A stretch of DNA of 64,000 nucleotides, taken from positions 176,142,001-176,206,000 of the forward strand of contig OZ024743.1 of NCBI GenBank assembly GCA_964016885.1. The letters run 5' to 3'. Shown piece by piece: positions 42,556 through 55,919 of the stretch. The notes under the pieces were generated by a model. That model had not been told where the DNA came from, searched no databases, and saw nothing but the letters and a program-made list of their open reading frames with translations. The stretch comes from Eledone cirrhosa. Taxonomy: Eukaryota. Within the stretch, counting starts at the first letter, position 1. Each line of letters opens with the position of its first letter. The translations under genes were made by a program, and so were the position numbers.

Positions 42556-43020
42556 ACTGAATCTCCAACTACGAATGTTGAGAGCTTTCTCCTGCTTGCT
42601 CCTGTTTTTAACAAAACAATCTCTTCGGAACAATTGTCAAGGCAAGAGTACTCAAACTATACGGTCATATAAAAAGATCAACTCGTTGTGTGAGTAGTTT
42701 ATGCCTGTAAGGAAGATTGGTTGGTAAGAGAAGCAGAGGCCGGCAGTCAAAACGGTGAATTGATAATGTCAACTGATGGACTAGACTTGATCTTTATTCT
42801 TTAAACGCTGATGTCGGTGATCGAACTTTGTGGAGAAGAATATCTCATGTTGATGCGCAGTCTGCAACTGGCGGAGTTTAGCGTCACAAGATATATATAT
42901 ATATATAAATTTCAGGTTATCAATAATGTAGTGATAATATATCGTCACGTTAGAGATGAACAGCGTACGTGCAGGTTTGCTCAACGAGTATAAATTATAT
43001 TCCGGAGAAAATGTAGAACA

Positions 43021-43872
43021 GATGAATATAAAATGAAAGTGCTTTTTTTTTAAAAGGAATTTATTAGGTATTGACATATGTTTCTGTAACAGACGGAATA
43101 CCTATGTATCGCTGCTTGCGTAATCATATAATGTTAGCAAGTATTCGATAGCAAATGTATAATCAGTTGTCACTTCTTCAGAGATATTGGATAAATTGGA
43201 AAAAATCAGAAAAATTGAAGTATTTATATTAGTTGTAATAAAGGAAGAAGAGAGGGGATAGTATATGATAGATGGCAATTCTATTTACTGGTAAACAAGT
43301 ATATAAAGGGTTTCTAATGAGAATACAATGAGTATATGGTTTATTTTATCTAAATAAGAATTTTTGGGAGTGCCTATTTTAATCTATACTTGACCAATTG
43401 AACAATGGATAGGGCTGGTCGTTTGGTGTAGTAGTATTAATTATAGTGTCAATTAATACTACTACACCAAACGACAAGCCCTGTCCATTGTTCAATTGGT
43501 CAAGTATAGATAAAAATAGGCACTCCCAAAAATTCTTATTTAGATAAAATAAACCATATACTCATTGTATTCTCATTAGAAACCTTTTAGATACTTTTTT
43601 ACCAGTAAATAGAATTGCCATCTGTCATATACTATCCCCCCTCTTCTTCCTTTATTACAACTAATATAAATACTTCAATTTTTCTGATTTTTTCCAATGT
43701 ATCCAATATCTCTGAAGAAGTGACAACTGATTATACATTTGCTATCGAATACTTGCTAACATTATATGATTAAGCAAGCAGCGATACATAGGTATTCCGT
43801 CTGTTACAGAAACATATGTCAATACCTAATAAATTCCTTTTTAAAAAAAAGCACTTTCATTTTATATTCATC
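43021..43872. mobile_element. About 850-bp palindrome: two divergent copies of a hammerhead-bearing Penelope-like 3' end
   Basis: 43021-43442 is the reverse complement of 43451-43872 with scattered mismatches and an 8-nt spacer. Each arm has CTGAAGA...GAAA-CATAT-GTC followed by AATAAA. Confidence 0.85.
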
Positions 43873-43875
43873 TTT

Positions 43876-43983
<108 letters not shown>

Positions 43984-44264
43984 TACATAATTTTATCAAA
44001 CCCAGAGAAAAAAAAAAAAATCCCGCAAGGCATTTTGTCCGACGCTGTAATGGTTCTGTAAATCCACCCCACTTTATATATAAAGTAAAAACGGAAATCC
44101 AAACATAAAATAATGACGTAACCGAACAAAATTAACGAACTAAATTAGTATCGAAATCTAATACTTTGCCTTAGATTAGCTTCACCTAGAAAACACTGAC
44201 ACACGCAAACCCCACGTATACTGATAGAAAGTATAAATAGATTATGAGTTACTACGGAACGGTG

Positions 44265-44408
44265 TGTGGTAGGAGACGGTTAGTGGTAGTGGTGGTATCA
44301 GTGGTGTTGCTGGAGCTGGTGGTAATAGTGCTGTTGTTACTGTTGTTGTTGTTGGTGGTGGTGTAGTTGGTGGTCATGCTGGGGGGCGCGGTGGTGGTAG
44401 TAGGTTTG

Positions 44409-44440
<32 letters not shown>

Positions 44441-44590
44441 GGTGGTGGTGGTGGTGTTGTTGTTGTTTGGCAGTGTTATGGTGGTAGTGAGGTTGTTACT
44501 GTTGTTGTTAGTGGTGTTGTTGGTGGAGGCGTTTTTGATGGTGGTGGTGCGGTGGTGGTAGTGGGGTTATTGCTGTTGTTGTTAGTGTTG
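44265..44590. repeat. (GGT/GTT)n low-complexity tract
   Basis: Directly visible. Confidence 0.85.
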
Positions 44591-44677
44591 GAGCATAGAT
44601 AAAACCTAGTGAAAAGTGTGTAGACATAAAGTATACATTACGTTAGGCTAACATGTAAGCAGATGTAACATAAATAA

Positions 44678-44985
44678 TTGTTTCTACTATTGGCACAAGG
44701 CAAGCAAATTACCCAGTACATTACTGGTACTTTATTTTATCGACCCCGTAAGGATGAAAGGCAAAGTTAACCTAGGCGAGATTTGAACACAGAATGGCAA
44801 GGGCCGTAACTCTATGCTTCAAAGCATGGTGTCCGACCCTCTACCCATACTGCCAATCCACCGCCCTTGTAACATAAATAATTGTTTCTACTATTGGCAC
44901 AAGGCCAGCAATTAACCAGTATATTACTGGTACTTTATTTTATCGACCCCGTAAGGATGAAAGGCAAAGTCAACCTCGGCGGGAT
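44678..44985 (-). mobile_element. Tandem OK-like SINEs (one full, one 5'-truncated)
   Basis: Two copies of TGTTTCTACTATTGGCACAAGG...CGACCCCGTAAGGATGAAAGGCAAAGT; the first ends CTGCCAATCCACCGCC. Confidence 0.85.
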
Positions 44986-45360
44986 AAATAATTAAGAATA
45001 AATACGAATTTAAATTTAGATAAACATGAATACTCCTTCAAACTGTTACCAACTGTCTATATATATAATACATATGTGTGTGTGTGTATATATATGTATA
45101 TGTATGTATATATATATATGTAGATGTATGAATATATATGTGTACATATGTATGTAGATGTATGTATATATATATGTATATATGTATATGTATGTATATA
45201 TATATGTATATATATGTAAGTATATATATATGTATATATATGTAAGTATATATATATGTATATATATATGTATATATATTTAAGTATATATATATGTATA
45301 TATATACATATATATATTTAAGTATATATATATGTATATATATATGTATATATATGTATG

Positions 45361-45399
<39 letters not shown>

Positions 45400-45529
45400 G
45401 TGTATATATATATATGCATATATATATATATATGCATATATATATATTTATGTACGCGTGCGTGTGTGTGCGTTTTTATGTCCGTGTATGCACATATATA
45501 CATATGCATGAATATATATGTCTATATAT

Positions 45530-45650
45530 GAAAGCTTCTGGTTTAGTGGTAAAGATGCTGGGCTTACAATCATAAGGTAGTGAGTTCGATTCTCGGACCA
45601 AGCACCGCGTTCTGACTTTGAGCATGAAACTTCCATCGTCTTACTTCAGT
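45530..45650 (+). mobile_element. tRNA-derived SINE head
   Basis: A box TGGTTTAGTGG and B box GAGTTCGATTCT; resembles the 5' part of the 59411-59627 SINE. Confidence 0.7.
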
Positions 45651-45767
45651 CGAAAAATGAGATGCGTCTATAAATGAATTTCCTAAACAACTACAAGTGC
45701 TCGTAGAATGCTCAGCTACCTTCTCGGTCCACATACCACAATAAAAATATATCTTTTGTCGCATCAC

Positions 45768-45855
45768 CAGCCTGAGGAGTAGATCGATACTGGAGTCTGG
45801 TCCAAAATCCTATTGGTCACTTTCAGCCAATCCTCTGCGAAACGCGCGTAACATG
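45768..45855 (+). ncRNA. Type I hammerhead, canonical core, weak stem I
   Basis: CTGAGGA-GTAGA...TCTGC-GAAA-CGCGC-GTA^. Palindromic ACGCGCGT stem III; AATAAA at 45865. Confidence 0.65.
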
Positions 45856-45904
45856 TCGATACGCAATAAATATTTTTCGTATGTAAACGAAACTTCCTCT
45901 TTTT

Positions 45905-45994
<90 letters not shown>

Positions 45995-46091
45995 GTATAA
46001 CAAAGGAATTGTAGTTAGGAAGCAGATGGTCCATAAAGCACCAGAGTACTCAATACTTAGGGTAGTAGAGTGGGAAATAGGAAAAAGTATG

Positions 46092-46188
46092 ACCCCGACG
46101 GTAGAGCTCGAGCCGTTTCGACGGCTATTTCTGGACTAAATTAGAATTTTTAGCCTGGTGAATAAATAGCCAATCTTGTCAAGGTGGT
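46092..46188 (-). ncRNA. Type I hammerhead with U3-A8 variant core
   Basis: ACCACC-TTGACAA-GATTGGCTA...TAGCCGTC-GAAA-CGG(CTCGAGCTCTA)CC-GTC^GGGGT. Host repeat 46050-46360 is homologous to 59770-60050. Confidence 0.7.
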
Positions 46189-46394
46189 ACTTTCTTATAT
46201 GGGAAGATTGTAGTTGTCAAGAGGATTGGTTAAAATGTGTTGTAAACACAAATAAGTCTATCATGGCATTTGGTGGGAGGTAGGGGTGGCTGAACTAGCC
46301 TGTAGAACAATAGGGGAGTGAGTGGAGCGGTCAAGCGTTGAAAGGGATATGTATACAGCAGATTCTAAGGATAGTGTATGAAGTGGAGGAGGCA

Positions 46395-46918
46395 GGTTAT
46401 AGAATAGGTAAATCGAATGAGAGTAGGAGACAATAGAAAGAAATAAAAAAAATACCCCCTCCCACTTGCCGAATAAGTTAGGGGAAACCCCAGCTTACAT
46501 AGATAGATGTATCTTTTCTTTTCCTCTTTGTCTTCTTCTTCTCCATGTCTCATCCTATCACTTCCTTCCACCCCCTATTTTCTTCCTCGTCTGCTTTTCC
46601 CCTTTCGCCTACCCCGATGCAGCCCATCTGGCCTCTGTAGCATCAGTTCTCCCACCCCTATAATTTTAAGATAGAATTGGCCGAATACGTTTTACTAACT
46701 ACTTATAGCAGATGTGTTAAACCCCTTTAATTTTGTATCAGTTTTGTTACTAATCAATTTCTACAAGTTTTTTCTATTCTTAACTCATTAACCTGTTATT
46801 GTAAGATAGCATTGTGATTTTTTGTTTTTTCTCACTATCTAATTTATATATTTTTTTATTTATTTCTATTATCTTTTATTGTCTCCTACTCTCATTCGAT
46901 TTACCTATTCTATAACCG
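46395..46918. repeat. About 60-bp inverted repeats enclosing about 400 bp
   Basis: GGTTATAGAATAGGTAAATCGAATGAGAGTAGGAGACAATA at 46395 and its reverse complement ending at 46918. Confidence 0.75.
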
Positions 46919-47029
46919 CGGTAAGGGCACATATTGTAAGTACAGTAAATTTTTTAAAATTTATTTTGAGATTTTCTCTTTATTTGCTTTACCTTGATTT
47001 TTTACACAGCACACACACACACACACACA

Positions 47030-47080
<51 letters not shown>

Positions 47081-47094
47081 AGACACAGACACAG

Positions 47095-47145
<51 letters not shown>

Positions 47146-47422
47146 GTTATATATGGAAAAGAATGAAACGAAATTTCATTTCTCACTCTTAGTACGGCTG
47201 ATACCTAAATATAAGTACGTATACGTACATACATATATGTATACAGACGTACAGTAGTATGTATATATATACATACATGCACACATATATATATATATAT
47301 CAACGTATGGGTTTACCGAACATTTATTATAATGTTCGGTTTGTTTGTAAACAAACAGCCCGAATTACGCTGTACAGTGCTCGGCAACCATCGCTGCTCA
47401 CCTGTTCAACACTGACAAAGGA

Positions 47423-47465
47423 ACGCTGTACTAGTTTCAAGCTTATTAGCTATCATCAGCATCGT
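47423..47465 (-). ncRNA. Minimal type I hammerhead ribozyme
   Basis: ACGATG-CTGATGA-TAGCT-AATA-AGCTT-GAAA-CTA-GTA^CAGCGT. Confidence 0.75.
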
Positions 47466-47785
47466 ATACCGTTCTGTCAGATGATTGAACATTTGAAAGT
47501 ATATACTTTCCTTATGCATATTAACGGCTGAGCAGCCTAATTTGCATATCGAGTGAGTTAGTCGGCCGGGCGTGCCGAAAACGATAAATGGAAAAGAATG
47601 AAACGAAATTTCATTTCTCACTCTTAGTACGGCTGATACCTAAATATAAGTATTCTTTTCTATTTATCGTTTTCGGCACGCCCGGCCGACTAACTAACTC
47701 GATATGCAAATTAGGCTGCTCATCTGTTGATATGCATAAGGAAAGTATATACTTTCAAATGTTCAATCATCTGACAGAAAGGTAT

Positions 47786-47828
47786 ACGATGCTGACGATA
47801 GCTAATAAGCTTGAAACTAGTACATCGT
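47786..47828 (+). ncRNA. Minimal type I hammerhead ribozyme
   Basis: ACGATG-CTGACGA-TAGCT-AATA-AGCTT-GAAA-CTA-GTA^CATCGT. Perfect 6-bp stem I; palindromic ACTAGT stem III. Confidence 0.82.
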
Positions 47829-48031
47829 TCCTATGTCAGTCTTGAACAAAAGGGCGACGATGGTTGCCGAGCACTGTACAGCGTAATTCGGGCTGTTTGT
47901 TTACAAACAAACCGAACATTATAATAAATGTTCGGTAAACCCATACGTACATTTATATATGTGTGTGCATGTATGTATATATATACATACTACTGTACGT
48001 CTGTACACATATATGTATGTACGTATACATA

Positions 48032-48107
<76 letters not shown>

Positions 48108-48114
48108 CATATAC

Positions 48115-48157
<43 letters not shown>

Positions 48158-48547
48158 CATATACATATATATATACATATACATATGCATGGTAAGCTTG
48201 GGAGCCAGCCGAAAAGGAGTGGGCTCTCCGTTGGGATTTAGCTAATTATATACATACAGATGTGTGCGTGTATGTATGTAGGTATATATATGTATATATA
48301 GAACCAAGTGAACTTATTTATAGACGAATGCTCAGAATAAATAAACGAAGGTAATGATTACAGCGGCGGGTGGAGTTCCACACATCCAAGAGGCTATATA
48401 GTGGCCAGTTTTTATAACAATTTATAGTTATAGAAACTAGGACAGACACAGAATCCGGAAGAAATACAAGTAGTGTGCAGGTGTGGAGGACCTCCGTCGA
48501 TGCCGACGACGAGTTTTGTGGAACAACCAGTTCGTGAAAAAAACTCG

Positions 48548-48975
48548 CAAGTGACTTAGTATTTCACAGATATGTGTACTCTTAATACAATTCTCAGGTA
48601 GATTCAGCTTGATGCACTATGTGGCAAGGTTTGCTCTTTGAATTACTCTTTGAATTATTGGTACAACTTATTTTTTTGTCAGTTGAGTGGAATGGATCAA
48701 CATGCTAGTGACTTAGCATTCCGTAGGCAGGTGTACCGTTGAGGTGATTCTCAGCGAGACGCAGAGAATCACCACAAACAAGTCCGACCCTTTGAATTAC
48801 AGATAAAACTAATTTTTGCCAACTGTGTGGACTGGAGCAACATGCCAGTGGCTTAGCATTCCACAGCCACGTCTATGGTAGTCCCCAGGAAGATATGGAG
48901 TGAGGCACTATGTGAAAAGTTTGGCGTTTTCAATAATAGGTACAATTCATTTTACCAGTTGAGTGGTAACGTGGA
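48548..48975 (-). mobile_element. Three tandem, diverged SINE body/tail fragments (about 140-157 bp period)
   Basis: GTG(A/G)CTTAG recurs at 48551, 48708 and 48848; each unit ends in a CAGTTGAGTGG/GGACTGGAGCAAC-like motif. Confidence 0.55.
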
Positions 48976-49050
48976 ATAGTTTGTCTTTTTCATGGACAAA
49001 ACGCACTAAGCTATGCGACTTTGCAAAAAAGACAAGTAGAGTATATTTTT

Positions 49051-49478
49051 CTAGGGCGGGTAAAATTCCCGAGATCCATGGACGAGTTCTCTCCAGCGGT
49101 CTCTGTCCCTCATTATCGCTGCCATGTCCTGCGCCTCCAACAGACCAGTGTCTGTCCTTAGGGCATCAACATACGTTAACCTTGGTCTTCCGCTTCCAGT
49201 GCGTCCATGTAGGAGTTCCCACAGGAGCACTAAGTACAATGTCAACTCTGGATGTCGGTGAGCATGTCCAGTTAACCTCAGTGTCATCTGTGTCACTTTT
49301 GAGCTGACTTTTGGGAGGCTCCCATACAGCTCTGAGTTTTTCATCTTCAGTGTATACTGATTAATGTTCAGAGCCATCCTCAGCATTCTCGTGTAGCACC
49401 CATCCACCATCTGAGTGAGTTTCTTGGTCAGTGTCCAAGTCTCAGACCCGTACAGTAGCACAGACTCCACTACAGCAA
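49051..49478 (-). mobile_element. RTE-type LINE 3' fragment (RT C-terminus, open frame)
   Basis: VESVLLYGSETWTLTKKL..DGCYTRMLRMALNI..GHAHRH..GRPRLTYVD..WRELV, characteristic of RTE-clade RT C-termini. Confidence 0.9.
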
Positions 49479-49682
49479 TGCTGTAGAGTATATATATTTA
49501 TAATAAACTTAGGAACATTATATCTGCATATATATATATATATATAACAATGACAGAAGACATAGACATATATAAAATATAATAAAGTACAACAGTGAAT
49601 CTATATTTTTCAGTGTGTATGTGACTAGAACGGGGTTAACTTATTGTGTGTGTGCGTGTGTATGTATGTGGACATGTAAATA

Positions 49683-49870
49683 ATTGTTTCTGCTTTTGGC
49701 ACAACGCCAGCAATTATCCCAGTGTATTAATGTACTTTATTTTATCGACCCCGTAAGGATGAAAGGCAAAATCAACCTCGGCGAGATTTGAACTCAGATC
49801 ATAAAGGGACGTAACTCTATGCTTCAAAGCATGGCGTCTGACCCTCTACCGATACTGCCAATCCACGACC
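49683..49870 (-). mobile_element. OK-like tRNA-derived SINE
   Basis: Full-length match to the 44678 and 55920 copies; A and B boxes on the minus strand. Confidence 0.85.
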
Positions 49871-49934
49871 TCGTAAATAGTGTAATGAAATCCATACTTA
49901 TGGACTTAAGCATGATTTTGTGTTGAAAGTTATA

Positions 49935-49983
<49 letters not shown>

Positions 49984-50722
49984 GAGAGTGTGTGTGTGTG
50001 AGAGAAAGAGTGACTGAGAGAGAAGATAGTAAAAGGGACAAAAAGACATAGCAAGAGAGGAAGGGAGATAATTATATATATGTGTACGTCTGCATACGTG
50101 TATGCGTATATATCAATGTTTATGCATATGTTATTTTTATTTATAACCAAAGGGATTACAGATGAGATGAGGTTTGTTAAAGATATTTATGGCCACAGAA
50201 TCACATATTTAATCCATTTCTTATTAAAAATACCAAGGTTCGACTTGAAGGAGAATTTGCTGCTATTTGTAGCAGTTCTAGATATACGTATATGTTCTTG
50301 GTTCTATGGGTTAGTGAGGTTCTACCATCTGGTCCCTATTTTAAATTATGTGGACTAGACTAGTTTAGAGTTATGTCTCTTAGCCTCTTACACAATGTAC
50401 TGAGGAGACCGTATGACTCTCTATCCTCTCACCCAACTGTCCAGTATTCTCTCCATTCAATTATCTGCGCACTCTAAATTTAGCAAGGCGTCGCGGGAAA
50501 ACATAAAAGCTGCAATGTGACAAAGATGGATCTAGAACTCAAATTTACGGCAATGCATCAGTACTAATATTATTTAAACCATAATCTTTTCAGAGACAGG
50601 AAGATTTAGCTGAAAAGATGTCAAAACATCGAGTCTGTGTCTGTAAAATTAAAGTGAACTGTGATGGGATTAGAACACAAACATGAAAGACATTTACGAT
50701 CACAAGACATTTGGCTCGGTAG

Positions 50723-53700
50723 CTCTTAGTACTCATTAACGACTAATATAACCATTGTTCTTAGTACACAGCAGTGACTATAACCATAGTTCTTAGTACT
50801 CAGTAGTAACTAATATGAAAGTTTTAGTACTTATTAGTAACTAATATGATAGTTCTTAGTACACAGTTGTAACTAATATAACCATAGCAGTTAATATTCA
50901 GCAGTGACTATAACCATAGATCTTAGTACTAAGTAGTAACTAATATAACCATAGATCTTAGTACTCAGTAGTAACTAATATAACCATAGATCTTAGTACT
51001 AAGTAGTAACTAATATAACCATAGATCTTAGTACTCAGTAGTAACTAATATAACCATATATCTTAGTACTCAGTAGTAACTAATATAACCATAGATCTTA
51101 GTACTCAGTAGTAACTAATATAACCATAGATCTTAGTACTCAGTAGTAACTAATATAACCATAGATCTTAGTACTCAGTAGTAACTAATATAACCATTGC
51201 TCTTAGTACTCAGTAGTAACTAATATAACCATGCTCTTAGTACTCAGTAGTAACTAATATAACCATTGATCTTAGTACTCAGTAGTAACTAATATAACCA
51301 TAGATCTTAGTACTCAGTAGTAACTAATATAACCATTGCTCTTAGTACTCAGTAGTAACTAATATAACCATGCTCTTAGTACTCAGTAGTAACTAATATA
51401 ACCATTGATCTTAGTACTCAGTAGTAACTAATATAACCATAGATCTTAGTACTCAGTAGTAACTAATATAACCATAGATCTTAGTACTCAGTAGTAACTA
51501 ATATAACCATAGGTCTTAGTACTCAGTAGTAACTAATATAACCATAGGTCTTAGTACTCAGTAGTAACTAATATAACCATAGATCTTAGTACTCAGTAGT
51601 AACTAATATAACCATTGCTCTTAGTACTCAGTAGTAACTAATATAACCATTGCTCTTAGTACCCAGTAGTAACTAATATAACCATAGATCTTAGTACTCA
51701 GTAGTAACTAATATAACCATTGCTCTTAGTACTCAGTAGTAACTAATATAACCATAGATCTTAGTACTCATTAGTAACTAATATAACTATTGCTCTTAGT
51801 ACTCAGTAGTAACTAATATAACCATATATCTTAGTACTCAGTAGTAACTAATATAACCATAGATCTTAGTACTCAGTAGTAACTAATATAACCATATATC
51901 TTAGTACTCAGTAGTAACTAATATAACCATAGATCTTAGTACTCAGTAGTAACTAATATAACCATTGCTCTTAGTACTCAGTAGTAACTAATATAACCAT
52001 GCTCTTAGTACTCAGTAGTAACTAATATAACCATTGATCTTAGTACTCAGTAGTAACTAATATAACCATAGATCTTAGTACTCAGTAGTAACTAATATAA
52101 CCATAGATCTTAGTACTCAGTAGTAACTAATATAACCATAGGTCTTAGTACTCAGTAGTAACTAATATAACCATAGGTCTTAGTACTCAGTAGTAACTAA
52201 TATAACCATAGATCTTAGTACTCAGTAGTAACTAATATAACCATTGCTCTTAGTACTCAGTAGTAACTAATATAACCATTGCTCTTAGTACTCAGTAGTA
52301 ACTAATATAACCATAGATCTTAGTACTCAGTAGTAACTAATATAACCATTGCTCTTAGTACTCAGTAGTAACTAATATAACCATAGATCTTAGTACTCAT
52401 TAGTAACTAATATAACTATTGCTCTTAGTACTCAGTAGTAACTAATATAACCATAGATCTTAGTACTCAGTAGTAACTAATATAAACATTGCTTTTAGTA
52501 CTCAGCAGTAACTAATATAACCATTGCTTTTAGTACTCAGTAGTAACTAATATAACCATATATCTTAGTACTCAGTAGTAACTGATATAACCATTGCTCT
52601 TAGTACTCAGTAGTAACTAATATAACCATAGATCTTAGTACTCAGTAGTAACTAATATAACCATAGATCTTAGTACTCAGTAATAACTAATATAACCATT
52701 GCTCTTAGTACTCAGTAGTAACTAATATAACCATAGGTCTTAGTACTCAGTAGTAACTAATATAACCATAGGTCTTAGTACTCAGTAGTAACTAATATAA
52801 CCATATATCTTAGTACTCAGTAGTAACTGATATAACCATTGCTCTTAGTACTCAGTAGTAACTAATATAAACATTGCTCTTAGTATTCAGTAGTAACTAA
52901 TATAACCATTGCTCTTACTACTCAGTGGTAACTAATATAACCATAGATCTTAGTACTCAGTAGTAACTAATATAACCATTGCTTTTAGTACTCAGTAGTA
53001 ACTAATATAACCATTGCTTTTAGTACTCAGTAGTAACTAATATAACCATAGGTTATAGTACTCAGTAGTAACTAATATAACTGTTGCTCTTAGTACTCAG
53101 TAGTAACTAATATAACTATTGCTTTAGTACTCAGTAGTAACTAATATAACCATAGATCTTAGTACTCAGTAGTAACTAATATAACCATTGATCTTAGTAC
53201 TCAGTAGTAACTAATATAACCATAGATCTTAGTACTCAGTAGTAACTAATATAACCATAGATCTTAGTACTCAGTAGTAACTAATATAACCATAGTTCTT
53301 AGTACTCAGTAGTAACTAATATAACCATTGCTTTTAGTACTCAGTAGTAACTAATATAACCATAGATCTTAGTACTCAGTAGTAACTAATATAGCCATTG
53401 ATCTTAGTACTCAGTAGTAACTAATATAACCATTGATCTTAGTACTCAGTAGTAACTGATATAACTATTGTTCTTAGTACTCAGTAGTAACTAATATAAC
53501 CATTGCTCTTAGTACTCAGTAGTAACTAATATAACCATAGATCTTAGTACTCAGTAGTAACTAATATAACCATTGCTTTTAGTACTCAGTAGTAACTAAT
53601 ATAACCATTGCTTTTAGTACTCAGTAGTAACTAATATAACCATGGTTCTTAGTACTCAGTAGTAACTAATATAACCATAGATCTTAGTACTCAGTAGTAA

Positions 53701-55654
53701 CTAATATAACCATAGATCTTAGTACTCAGTAGTAACTAATATAACCATAGTTCTTAGTACTCACTAGTAACTAATATAACCATTGCTTTTAGTACTCACT
53801 AGTAACTAATATAACCATTGCTTTTAGTACTCAGTAGTAACTAATATAACCATAGATCTTAGTACTCAGTAGTAACTAATATAACCATTGATCTTAGTAC
53901 TCAGTAGTAACTAATATAACCATTGATCTTAGTACTCAGTAGTAACTAATATATCCATAGTTCTTAGTACTCAGTAGTAACTAATATAACTATTGCTCTT
54001 AGTACTCAGTAGTAACTAATATAACCATTGCTTTTAGTACTCAGTAGTAACTAATATGACCATTGCTCTTAGTAGTCAGTAATAACTAGTATAACCATAG
54101 TTCTTAGTACTCAGTAGTAACTAATATAACCATTGCTTTTAGTACTCAGTAGTAACTAATATAACCATTGCTTTTAGTACTCAGTAGTAACTAATATAAC
54201 CATTGCTCTTAGTACTCAGTAGTAACTAATATGACCATTGCTCTTAGTTGTCAGTAATAGCTAGTATAACCATAGTTCTTAGTACTCAGTAGTAACTAAT
54301 ATAACCATTGCTTTTAGTACTCAGTAGTAACTAATATAACCATTGCTTTTAGTACTCAGTAGTAACTAATATGACCATTGCTCTTAGTAGTCAGTAATAA
54401 CTAGTATAACCATAGTTCTTAGTACTCAGTAGTAACTAATATAACCATTGCTTTTAGTACTCAGTAGTAACTAATATAACCATTGCTCTTAGTACTCAGT
54501 AGTAACTAATATGACCATTGCTCTTAGTACTCAGTAGTAACTAATATAACCATTGCTTTTAGTACTCAGTAGTAACTAATATAACCATTGATCTTAGTAC
54601 TCAGTAGTAACTAATATGACCATTGCTCTTAGTAGTCAGTAATAACTAGTATAACCATAGTTCTTAGTACTCAGTAGTAACTAATATGACCATTGCTCTT
54701 AGTAGTCAGTAATAACTAGTATAACCATAGTTCTTAGTACTCAGTAGTAACTAATATGACCATTGCTCTTAGTAGTCAGTAATAACTAGTATAACCATAG
54801 TTCTTAGTACTCAGTAGTAACTAATATAACCATTGCTTTTAGTACTCAGTAGTAACTAATATAACCATTGATCTTAGTACTCAGTAGTAACTAATATAAC
54901 CATTGCTTTTAGTACTCAGTTGTAACTAATATAACCATTGCTTTTAGTACTCAGTAGTAACTAATATAACCATTGCTCTTAGTACTCAGTAGTAACTAAT
55001 ATGACCATTGCTCTTAGTAGTCAGTAATAACTAGTATAACCATAGTTCTTAGTACTCAGTAGTAACTAATATAACCATTGCTTTTAGTACTCAGTAGTAA
55101 CTAATATAACCATTGATCTTAGTACTCAGTAGTAACTAATATAATTATTGCTCTTAGTACTCAGTAGTAACTAGTATAACCATAGCTCTTAGTACTCAGT
55201 AGTGACTAATATAACTATAGTTCTTAGTACTCAGTAGTAACTAGTATAATCATTGCTCTTAGTACTCAGTAGTGACTAATATAACCATAGTTCTTAGTTT
55301 TCAGTAGTAACTAATATAATCATTGCTTTTAGTACGCAGTAGTAACTAATATAACCATAGATCTTAGTACGCAGTAGTAACTAATATAACCATAGATCTT
55401 AGTACTCAGTAGTAACTAATATAACCATAGTTCTTAGTACTCAGTAGTAACTAATATAACCAAAGATATTAGTACTCAGTAGTAACTAATATAACTATAG
55501 ATCTTAGTACTCAGTAGTAACTAATATAACCATAGATCTTAGTACTCAGTAGTAACTAATATAACCATAGTTCTTAGTACTCAGTAATAACTAATATAAC
55601 TATTGCTTTTAGTACTCAGTAGTAACTAATATAACCATAGTTCTTAGTACTAAG
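50723..55654. repeat. 35-bp AT-rich satellite, consensus TCTTAGTACTCAGTAGTAACTAATATAACCAT(AGA/TGC), about 140 units
   Basis: 35-bp period (e.g. 50921 to 50956); degenerate units at the left edge. Confidence 0.97.
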
Positions 55655-55919
55655 TATCGATGTTCCTATCATACATTACAAATTATATGATCGCTTTGAA
55701 ACATATTTGTACTGAACATGTATACTCGATTTAAATGTCCCCAGTACATTACAGGTGCTCTATCGACACTGAGAGGATAAAAAAAAAAAGATTTATAACA
55801 TTGGCCCAAGGTCTCCAATTTTTGACGAGAACAAGGTTGATCAGCAGAAAGGAGCCCAACCAATATTTGGTCCTAGGCTCTTCTTAAGCCAGTCACAGTT
55901 ACAATTTAAATAATAATAA

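Larger units (their letters stand above)
47153..48038. mobile_element. Divergent inverted pair of a 435-bp hammerhead repeat; left copy has a 65-bp terminal direct repeat
   Basis: 47153-47217 = 47588-47652. 47653-48038 is the reverse complement of about 47208-47598. HHRs at 47423-47465 (-) and 47786-47828 (+). Confidence 0.85.

Noticed and set aside
50723-55654. CRISPR-like array (35-bp repeats)
   Set aside because: Units are contiguous with no unique spacers, there are no cas genes, and the context is eukaryotic.
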